DNA of 42,304 bases from Armatimonadota bacterium (GTDB taxonomy: Bacteria > Armatimonadota > UBA5829 > DTJY01). The position numbers and the translations under genes are program-made. The stretch covers positions 1-42,304 of the forward strand of contig DASRZD010000208.1 in assembly GCA_035686805.1 (NCBI GenBank), read 5' to 3'. The notes under the pieces were generated by a model. It was given only the letters and a program-made list of their open reading frames with translations. It made no database searches and was not told the DNA's origin. This document shows, in pieces, positions 17,201 to 23,449 of this stretch; positions within the stretch are counted from its first letter, which is position 1; the number at the start of each line of letters is the position of its first letter.

Positions 17201-18021
17201 CAATAGGTCATCCATGGCAGAGGCTGCTGGTTGAAGCCCACGCGGTTGTCGTAGGTTACCCGGAAGGTGTATGTGCTGGTGGTCGAACCTTCATCCGGGA
17301 ACTGTGTGGGATCCTCCGGCGAGGGCAATGTGCGATTCGTTACATCCAGTGGATCCACCCAATGGTAGAAGGGCCATCCATCCGGGAATGCCTTGAGGTA
17401 GTCTATTCCCCAGTACACGCCGCCATATGAATCGACCGTCGTGAAGTACGTGGACTCAAAGGTATCGTAGATCGTAGGGGCAGCGGCCGGGGTAGCCGGC
17501 ACAACCTTTGGCGTCACCGCTCCCGTATCGGGATCCGTCCATTCCATATACCACCAGTACTTCAAGTCGCCATTGGCGGATCCGTCGCCCTTTGCACGAA
17601 GACCCGGGACCCAGTGTACACGGTCATCCGGAAGAAAGCCGCCGGCCATGCCGGCATCCCCGTAGCCGGGGATGCCTTCCGCGGTCACGTTCCTCATGTC
17701 CAAGCCGCCGGTGACGTAGATGAAGAGCTCATATCCATTCTGGAAGTTGCCGTCTTTGTGGAAATGACTATCGCCAACAGGGAAGTATATCGTTGTGCCT
17801 GCTATATGAAGATCCAGCCTGCTGGGCCATTGCGGATCGTCGCCCTGATCTGCGTACCTCGCTGTGAACCGGAAAACCGAGTTCGCTGTACCGGACCCTG
17901 GGCTGAAGCCAGGGCTAGGGACGGTAAGAGTACCTACCGCCAAAGCCTGCCGCCCGGACAAGACGATCATGGCAGCCATGAGTCCCAAGATCGCTATGCA
18001 TAACCCTCTTGGTTTTTTCAT
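11212..18021 (-). CDS. Giant secreted repeat protein (~2270 aa): ~10 divergent Ig-like repeats + prealbumin-like domain + Trp-rich shared module + C-terminal beta domain (operon gene D)
   Basis: The ORF track runs to 18099. I prefer the ATG at 18021 (MKKPRGLCIAILGLMAAMIVLSGRQALA signal peptide, GAGGGGG RBS 9 nt upstream). The repeat signature recurs, for example TNFVYTVSYKDLDDQRP...GVTYTHSMHLTSGNHSFYFEASDG, TPFRFAVTYTDENGDPP...FYFEASDG, RVYEYKVKYADPDGNLP...HKFYFEATDG and AYTYQVTYKDDPDNDEP...HSYFFKASD. Confidence 0.85.
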   Translation of the reverse strand: MKKPRGLCIAILGLMAAMIVLSGRQALAVGTLTVPSPGFSPGSGTANSVFRFTARYADQGDDPQWPSRLDLHIAGTTIYFPVGDSHFHKDGNFQNGYELFIYVTGGLDMRNVTAEGIPGYGDAGMAGGFLPDDRVHWVPGLRAKGDGSANGDLKYWWYMEWTDPDTGAVTPKVVPATPAAAPTIYDTFESTYFTTVDSYGGVYWGIDYLKAFPDGWPFYHWVDPLDVTNRTLPSPEDPTQFPDEGSTTSTYTFRVTYDNRVGFNQQPLPWMTYWNDTWNYTTLESGVMLYLRNLDWANLPTTLVWDGQMYVPEQQYWKYFHGHHMYKEKDETGNYHDSTVPIDYVLRVGPTTGGLIKTSSDHWNTTWASTYETNHYYEALPPGRYEYYFACSDDDYSAWAIDNMKNTVWPQLEETPPLPTAPAPHDFLFDYADGINYKRALSFDSPPSATTWTASTHYYLGDFVVPTVTNGHKYVCYVEGTSGISEPTWPLLWGWGVIDNTARFYDAGAVRPGSYVDKQTYMPGAWASGYPYDSWVGESTEPSVTRWLDGVTVDYQAFTFPVVNPGLFEISGLAGGERFLGTLSPYKKAVIPSVPGQDYSDMRLWAESAGGTDHDVFTFKVNYWQSAGIAPSYVRLYVKNGWNAEDGQPWGYSVMQPSPGQGVTGNEYQNDVYKTGVSYECRLSFPSLVLLQPGQYTQLTKGPHCYYFEAADQQWTDERYGRTATVKAHVCRYPRRMDATEYDGGVFYETVLPNKSPNPDLGDQNTPVDNDLINGPWINTKPELVNNSWSVFPNSGPTGTNFRFRITYKDADNQRPFPGTGTVPGLDIIIQTDDAGNTYTGSMYKAKPNPDDPSIPADNLTRLYSDGVIYEWNTSSAPGLRLQVGQRQYRFAFTDNWGSPVENNDNIAGETVYAPANGTSPAGSFQITDNTAPRLTSGSVISADGTSNEATIWNYNVWYTDANNQPPYYKLVYIGRQDNPPSGPIVWDGGHTIEQVDDQDTVYNKGVQFYYSTRLPGDSTTPKKYYHCFVASDGVDEAYYNVSTSPSSGMVWKPQISLPGAETLTSTANPQIFNFVHHPLVTDVPANADLLVQTNYASPLIYHGSNLVSSTLYTIDNVAGSITLTFTPTLPISSQYWFGSEPGATGPLAVGGNNEPQLYDGQVAPAKGQSSTNFVYTVSYKDLDDQRPNFVNAIIDGKTLPMTNATGSDTYREGVTYTHSMHLTSGNHSFYFEASDGSALAVFEADPSTTAIDPIQGPYVNDRPTFTSPMINPAGSVTTTQAITYSITYRDNDNEAPNTGYPVVYVDNPDGIDWNGTALAVTDNTIKSSNPSENWIPDQFAGMPVQITLAGTSQRIVYKILSNTTDTLTLVTSDLASMVPAGSEFTIGKLLMSKLDETDQVYSDIGGVIYKAKVPSLGMGTHEAHFKAVTTEQIMPGQTEDYTLRYPSTGDMAGPVVTQDAPPGNVAPTLTSGGSTPETGTAGTPFRFAVTYTDENGDPPSSNGQVVGYINLVIEETPGVWKTYPMSTSDPAPLYSLGVEFSYTMSLSTVGAHQFYFEASDGWYIVRLPSSTNFTAYISRPPILTGGLVTPTTGNSGRVYEYKVKYADPDGNLPASIKLYIDSNAPVEISVPVPGADYTNGVVYSYPTSKNALTVGPHKFYFEATDGYGYAWYDQDVRDMEEAQAADPNAPDPVKNSTSSLPPTPIVEISGPDVHANTAGWPKLLNGSVTPTSGYDLDAYTYQVTYKDDPDNDEPEFVEVYIDGAGLTSAHKMEKVLPSDDYASGVQYEFVTNELDAGTHSYFFKASDWLTEVTTATVNGVPVVEERGSANITLNAMTNSVAGQEVTAAGYIKGYGNVPLSVDLTLAVTKPGGSATTNVTVHSGADGYYQYAWTPKVTGVWSVMASWPGNSQYKVSNSLVRSFTVTGPSTTVSGLDMISIPLTGISIFPDGVFGANPPFALAKWLPAKKDYKLYSLLPGIRTDYDFPAIATGQGYWIKTLESKVIAPAGILVDDTQDYNIPLGAGWNQIGCPFTREVNWSALRVKYTSGGVTNNVSLATAAASGWIKDYGWMYDKGTGNYNLVRASSSDTLIPWKGYWLKANVNCTLVIPGFRSVSGDLAASSMEKEIQSVPMSAAKWEVRITARNGQLKDQYNYFGASRLGDERIESPGCFEGFVDLYFTDSKNGMYASDLKGNLSVGDSWQFNVNTDREGEVVLEWSDLEDVPTNVKLVLVDLAENKSVVIIPGGSYRFRADAGGASRSFRIDYLNK

Positions 18022-18067
18022 TCGGATATACCCCCTCGTTGACCACATTTTCTTAATATCAAGGCTT

Positions 18068-20209
18068 CTACGGTCCCGAAGGAGGACCGCCTCCACCATC
18101 GATCGGAACCCCGCCCAATGCGGCGCCGATCTGAGAAGAAGGACTTATCGTCATTGTGACCTCAGGCTGCAGAGCCCGGATCCAATAGCCTTGCCATGGT
18201 TTAAGCTGCACTGACCGGTCTGATGACCAGCGGTATTGCCGGCGTGCTGGGTCCCACCAGAAGACCGTACTGCTGATGAGGCCGCGACTCAGCGCCTCAT
18301 CGTAGTCCATAGCTCCATATTGCCTGTTATAGAATGTAACCTCCCCCAGGGTAACCGTGTACAGGAAGGGATTCCCCACCAGATTCCATCCGGTGGAGAG
18401 GTCTACGTTATATCCCTGCGTGCCTGCCCAGGTAACCGGGGTATAGGTCCCTGAGACCATTGACGTCCTTTGCGCCGTACTTAGCTTCAGCCAATACGCC
18501 TTGCCCGGCAACACCTCAGAGACAGCCTTGTACTGCCGAGCATGAGGATCATACTCCCAGAACACACCGCCGGCGAGGCCCAGCAAAGACCCGGGGTCTG
18601 GGTTGGTCACATAGAATGGGACGGATATCATCTGCCATCCCGCGGATAGCGGCTGCCACTCTGTAGCCGCGATATTCACCTTTCGCTTGACACTAGTACC
18701 TCCCACGGGCGCTGCCGAATACAACACCGAGTACTCCATGATGCCTGTAGGATAGTTCACCGGCTTCACTTTCCACGAGACGCTCGATTCCGAATCAGCG
18801 TTGATCCTGGAGAACGCCTTCGTATACTTGCCGCCTTCCGATTCATCGAGGGTGAGGCCCGAAGGCAGAGTGAGGGTGAAGCTCGGATTCAGCAAATCGA
18901 CGCTCTTTGCCGTGTTGTATATGTAGGCGGTGATATCGAAGGGGTTGGGATCCAGAGCCCCCGTGCCGGAATCCGAATAGTAGTTCAAAACCCGCGGACC
19001 CTGAACGGCCGCCACGTACTGAGGACCGGACTCCCCCTCCTTTAATCCAAGATTCGGCTTTGTGAAATCCGACGAGGCGCACGCCAAACCGATGTAGTGG
19101 ATAAACGTGATACTCTGGCCGGCAGGCAGCCGCCGAGGTCTCCAGACTGTGCCGTAACTAAGGTCGTCTATGTATTGATGCAACGTCGGCGTCGGAAAGA
19201 TCCAGTGAACATACGGATCAGACTCTCTGCCGGTGAAGTCATACCAGTAGGTGAACATGTCCCCCGCCATAGGGAGCCAGTCATGTATCCCCAGTCTGTC
19301 TGGAGGGGTGGCCCCCTGTTCCTTCATAGTTATACGGAATCCCACTGAGGGGTCAGCCTGCGAATTGTAGAATTCCAAGAGAGAAGGAATGCGCCTCTTG
19401 GAGGTCGAATCATCGTCGGCCATTACCGTTTGATCCACGATCAACGGATAACCAGGTGCACTTACGACGTTGCGAAGATCCCTCGTACCCTCGTCCTCGG
19501 GGTTCGTGACCACGTCGGCGTAGTCCCGCAAGCCTACGTAGTGGTCATAGCCGTCCTCATTCGTAAACTTCCATTTAAACCGAACGGTGTCTCTCAGCAA
19601 CCGGATCTCCAGATCACACCGAATCCCAACGGGGGCCACCGGGCTCACCGAGCCTCCGGTTATAAGGGAAACCCCACCCGTAGGAGTGGGATACCATGTC
19701 GCCAGGATCGTGTTCGGGAGGGTACTGGGAGTGTACGGCCAAATGTACCAATCGCCGTCCAGAATGTCACCCAGCATTGCGGACATCCCGCCTCTCGCAA
19801 AGGTTGCCCATACTCGCTCTATGCTATCAGCATCAGTGGTATAGGAGTCAACCGTCAACTGGAATGCGCCCCACTTGTCTCCGGGGCCCGGAGGCGGATA
19901 GAGTTCAGAGAAATTGAAGTACTGGCCGTCATCCTGGAGTGTGGTCGGATCTCCTCCCGTGCACCAGATATGGAAACGCCCACCCGCGGGCTGACCGCCC
20001 TGGAGAGCATGCACAGGCGAGGGTATACCCCACTTGCCGTACAAGCCGAGTCCTACGCCCAGATAGCCGTTCTGCAGGCTGATGCAGAAAGGAAACCAGT
20101 CATCAGTATTGTCATCACTCTGCGCAGCGGCAGGCGGCCCAAAGAATAGACTGGCCACGATCAGTGACGCCACTACAAGCTGGAATGATCTCAAAATGAA
20201 CTTAGACAC
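18068..20209 (-). CDS. Secreted 713-aa protein with an unknown N-terminal domain, a CARDB/NEW3-like Ig domain and the Trp-rich shared module (operon gene C)
   Basis: GTG start 4 nt after GAAGGAGG. Signal peptide ...LFFGPPAAAQS. C-terminal module GWQMISVPF...GKAYWLKL...GWNLVGNPF...LKPWQGYWIRAL, followed by the tail GGGGPPSGP. Confidence 0.8.
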   Translation of the reverse strand: MSKFILRSFQLVVASLIVASLFFGPPAAAQSDDNTDDWFPFCISLQNGYLGVGLGLYGKWGIPSPVHALQGGQPAGGRFHIWCTGGDPTTLQDDGQYFNFSELYPPPGPGDKWGAFQLTVDSYTTDADSIERVWATFARGGMSAMLGDILDGDWYIWPYTPSTLPNTILATWYPTPTGGVSLITGGSVSPVAPVGIRCDLEIRLLRDTVRFKWKFTNEDGYDHYVGLRDYADVVTNPEDEGTRDLRNVVSAPGYPLIVDQTVMADDDSTSKRRIPSLLEFYNSQADPSVGFRITMKEQGATPPDRLGIHDWLPMAGDMFTYWYDFTGRESDPYVHWIFPTPTLHQYIDDLSYGTVWRPRRLPAGQSITFIHYIGLACASSDFTKPNLGLKEGESGPQYVAAVQGPRVLNYYSDSGTGALDPNPFDITAYIYNTAKSVDLLNPSFTLTLPSGLTLDESEGGKYTKAFSRINADSESSVSWKVKPVNYPTGIMEYSVLYSAAPVGGTSVKRKVNIAATEWQPLSAGWQMISVPFYVTNPDPGSLLGLAGGVFWEYDPHARQYKAVSEVLPGKAYWLKLSTAQRTSMVSGTYTPVTWAGTQGYNVDLSTGWNLVGNPFLYTVTLGEVTFYNRQYGAMDYDEALSRGLISSTVFWWDPARRQYRWSSDRSVQLKPWQGYWIRALQPEVTMTISPSSQIGAALGGVPIDGGGGPPSGP

Positions 20210-20234
20210 TTTGCCTCCTTCGGCGCATTACGGC

Positions 20235-23200
20235 TCACTGCACCACACCGGTGTACGGATTGGGCGCCACGATAAGCTTTACGTCTGCCGGCCGCACCGG
20301 GACCGGCTGAACCCTGAAGTAGTCCCAAGAACAATCGAGCATGCCGTCGTTAATCAGCCAGAATGATCCCGGCTCTTGGAAGCTATCATCCTCTAACTCC
20401 CAATCGGCTACATCGCCGCGACCAGGGAATGTGCCGACCTTCACCTTGATGTGAGACTTGTTAGCAGGCATTGGACTAGTCGTAGCTCCAACGGCTGTTA
20501 TAGTTATGTAGTAGGCTGATCCGCTTGCAAGACTATTCATGACCTGTTTGCTTTGAATGACCAGCCCATTGTCGCTTCGGCGCAATGATATCGTCGAGGG
20601 CGAGTCCCCCGCTCTGAACGCCAAAGCATATCCTATTCCGGTAGCACTCGCCCGGAATCTGAGCTCGGCGTTAGCCGGACCGCCTGGCACGGTTGGCGCG
20701 GAATTGTCTAGAACTAGTCTTGCGCTGACTGTAAAATCGCCGTAAATCGGGAAATCCTTGTTCGTCACATATGTATACGATGGCGAATTGGGGATCCCGC
20801 CAAGCCTCAACATGTCGCCTGATTCGAGTACCGAGCCGTTTGTATTCCCCACATACCACGTCGGCTCAGGATCATCCTGGTCTATAACGCCATCGCTGAA
20901 CTCGTCGGCCCAGGCTGCAAAAGTGGATGGAGTCAGATCCGGCGTTTTCACCTTCACCCTGATCCATTCGCCTTCCCAGGGCATCATCACCGCCGTGCTC
21001 ACATCCTTCCACGTGTATCTTCGATAGAAACTGTCATAGCGGAAAACAGAGTTGGAGATCCATCCCCTGGCAGCAGCTTCCGTGGCGCCAATTCTTTCTC
21101 CGGCATATTCCACGATCACGTTGGACCAGGTGACGGGGAACGCGAACGGATCGCCGACTATGTTCCAACCGGAGTAGAGGCTGATGATGTATGGAGCTTG
21201 TTCTACCGAGTCTCCATATCCGTCAGGAACGGTGACGTTAGAGCCCGTAGGCAGATAGAGCCAGTACCCAAGCCCTGCGGGTGGCGTGCCCTTGGAGCCG
21301 CCAAGCGGCTGCACCAGCCAATTCGCGTAGGCGCTTGTGGGAGTGAAAGTGGCCTCATCATCTGACCGGCTGCCATCCAGACTGTATAGCGCATACTCCC
21401 CACTGGAACTATTCGTATAATGCCACCGAGCCAGCACACCGCTATTCCCCATGATCTCTTCCGGTTTCTTCGGTTCCACGAAATTGAAGGGGACTGCGAA
21501 GAGCTTCCAACCGGATCCCAGCGTCGCTGGATTGAGCTTGAAACTGGTGATATCCGAAGGAGGAGGCGGAGGTACATCCAGTGTCATATCCGTCCCAGCG
21601 GTCACGTAGATTGTGTGCGTCCCATTCACCGCCAATCCCGGCTTCACGGTATATTCGAACAGAAGATACCTCTTGCCCGAAGCCTCGTCGAGGGTATACA
21701 GGTAGTCCTGCCAGTTTGCGATCTCGGGACTCGGGCCTCCCATGGTAGGCTGATTGTCCGGAACGCCGTCTCCGGTAGTATCCACGCCGTCTATCCAGAC
21801 GCGAATGGTGTCCAGCTTGGCATGTCTGAGGTTGATCCGGAACCTCGGCCTGGTCGTCCTGACCACCGCACCCTTCGCAGGCGAAACAATCTCCACATCC
21901 ACCGATGCTTTTGCCAGGGCGCCATAGACATTCAATAAACCCCAGCCATATGTATCGTTCGGATGGCCTATTCCCCTCGGCGTCGCAGTCTCATAGAGCA
22001 ACGGCTTGACATCCTCGGGCGGAACGCCATGGGATATCAACAGGGCTGCTGCTGCGGCAACGCAAGGCGATGCCATAGAAGTGCCTGGCATGTAAGTGAA
22101 TATGTTGCCATATTTGTCAGGCCACGTCGGCATTGGATCAGGTTGGGGCCAGTCAATTGCATTCGGCGAGTAGGATGTCGGTGTGGGGGGCGTATCGGTC
22201 TCCGTGTCTACGGTTGCAAGATACTTGTACCAGGCAGTGCTCAGAATGTACCAACCGGGGGCGGCAATGTCCAACGCCGGGCCGTGCTGAGAGAAGTCGG
22301 TTATGGTGTCGTCATACTGAGTCGCGCCTACGCAGATGCTCGCGGCATAGGCCGACGGATAACAGGGAGCATAAGCCCCATATTCCCACTCATTGCCGGC
22401 CGCGCACACTACCACAATTCCCTGGCTTACCGCCTGCTTTATGGCGGATTCCTCTTCCTCAACGCGCATGAAATAATGCCCCATACTCATGTTTATTACA
22501 TTGACCTTTATGGGCTTGCCATCCAACGTAGTGCCGCCGCGCCACGCCATTGCGAGATATATAGCATCTATCTCGTCCGCCACATTGCCTGCCCCGGTGT
22601 CTTTAAAGACCTTGAACGGAAGGATCTGCACATTATCCCACGCCAGGCCGGCAACTCCTATCCAGTTGTTCGCCTGGGCCGCGATGATGCCGGCAACGTG
22701 AGTCCCATGCTCCGGAACCCTATTGATTGGCGTTATAGGTTTCTCGCTCGGTGCCGGTCCGGGATTTTCACCATCTTCTCCCGCATCCGCCACGTCATAT
22801 CCATGCAGCACCCGACCCTGAAGATCGGGATGGATGATTCGGGTCAGTCTTCCTTCCTCGTTGTAGAACGTGCGATCCCTTACTCCGGTATCTATGACGG
22901 CGACAACTATCCCTTCAGCGCCTTTCTCCACATCCCAGGCCTCGGGGGCGAAGATATGCATGTTCGGTCCCCAAAGCTGCCATTGCCCAGTCAGGAATAA
23001 CTCGCCTGTGGGATCAGGGTTTATCATCCCATATTGATGGTAGAACTCATCATTCGGTTCCACACTGGGATAGATGTAGTAGTTGCGGCTCAGAGATTTG
23101 ACAACAGGATACGAAGCCAGAATCGAACCCTCGTTATTGAGGAACGTATCAACAGGCGTACCGGTTCCAGGCAGCTCAAGGACCCATGTGTGGCTATACT

Positions 23201-23426
23201 GGGGCTTTCGAACTATCTTCGCCCCATATCGGTCCATCAGGCCCTTTAGATCTGCTTCAGTCTTTCCTGGCGCCAACGTCACGAGCACCTGATTTGGCGG
23301 ATAGGCAGGCCCGTCCGCGTGCAGGGGACCCATCCTCTCGAAGCCGAACCCTGCGGCCGAGCATAGGATGAGCGCCATGAAGACTAGCGCGCCCAATCTT
23401 AGATGCCTGATCGAATACGTTCCCAT
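20235..23426 (-). CDS. Subtilisin-family (S8) serine protease with I9-like propeptide, one D-type Ig repeat, the Trp-rich shared module and a LamG/jellyroll-like C-terminal domain (operon gene B)
   Basis: Signal peptide, then a propeptide-like VLVTLAPGKTEADLKGLMDRYGAKIV. Catalytic triad motifs are VAVIDTGV (D179), HGTHVAG (H240) and GTSMASP (S450), with the oxyanion AAGNE. AAGGAGG RBS. Confidence 0.9.
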   Translation of the reverse strand: MGTYSIRHLRLGALVFMALILCSAAGFGFERMGPLHADGPAYPPNQVLVTLAPGKTEADLKGLMDRYGAKIVRKPQYSHTWVLELPGTGTPVDTFLNNEGSILASYPVVKSLSRNYYIYPSVEPNDEFYHQYGMINPDPTGELFLTGQWQLWGPNMHIFAPEAWDVEKGAEGIVVAVIDTGVRDRTFYNEEGRLTRIIHPDLQGRVLHGYDVADAGEDGENPGPAPSEKPITPINRVPEHGTHVAGIIAAQANNWIGVAGLAWDNVQILPFKVFKDTGAGNVADEIDAIYLAMAWRGGTTLDGKPIKVNVINMSMGHYFMRVEEEESAIKQAVSQGIVVVCAAGNEWEYGAYAPCYPSAYAASICVGATQYDDTITDFSQHGPALDIAAPGWYILSTAWYKYLATVDTETDTPPTPTSYSPNAIDWPQPDPMPTWPDKYGNIFTYMPGTSMASPCVAAAAALLISHGVPPEDVKPLLYETATPRGIGHPNDTYGWGLLNVYGALAKASVDVEIVSPAKGAVVRTTRPRFRINLRHAKLDTIRVWIDGVDTTGDGVPDNQPTMGGPSPEIANWQDYLYTLDEASGKRYLLFEYTVKPGLAVNGTHTIYVTAGTDMTLDVPPPPPSDITSFKLNPATLGSGWKLFAVPFNFVEPKKPEEIMGNSGVLARWHYTNSSSGEYALYSLDGSRSDDEATFTPTSAYANWLVQPLGGSKGTPPAGLGYWLYLPTGSNVTVPDGYGDSVEQAPYIISLYSGWNIVGDPFAFPVTWSNVIVEYAGERIGATEAAARGWISNSVFRYDSFYRRYTWKDVSTAVMMPWEGEWIRVKVKTPDLTPSTFAAWADEFSDGVIDQDDPEPTWYVGNTNGSVLESGDMLRLGGIPNSPSYTYVTNKDFPIYGDFTVSARLVLDNSAPTVPGGPANAELRFRASATGIGYALAFRAGDSPSTISLRRSDNGLVIQSKQVMNSLASGSAYYITITAVGATTSPMPANKSHIKVKVGTFPGRGDVADWELEDDSFQEPGSFWLINDGMLDCSWDYFRVQPVPVRPADVKLIVAPNPYTGVVQ

Positions 23427-23449
23427 TGAAATACCTCCTTGACTTTAGC

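Noticed and set aside
11212-18099. Diversity-generating retroelement (template/variable repeat) or recent cassette duplication in the giant gene
   Set aside because: The repeats are recognisable only at protein-motif level. I saw no long near-identical nucleotide repeats and no reverse transcriptase gene.
18022-18099. N-terminal extensions proposed by the ORF track for the giant gene (to 18099), rpsA (to 28157), coaE (to 26539), the URO-D gene (to 33915), SIMPL (to 37554), BON (to 40136) and mntA (from 3991)
   Set aside because: The extended starts overlap upstream genes or precede the signal peptide or conserved N-terminus. Internal ATG/GTG codons with good RBS spacing fit better.
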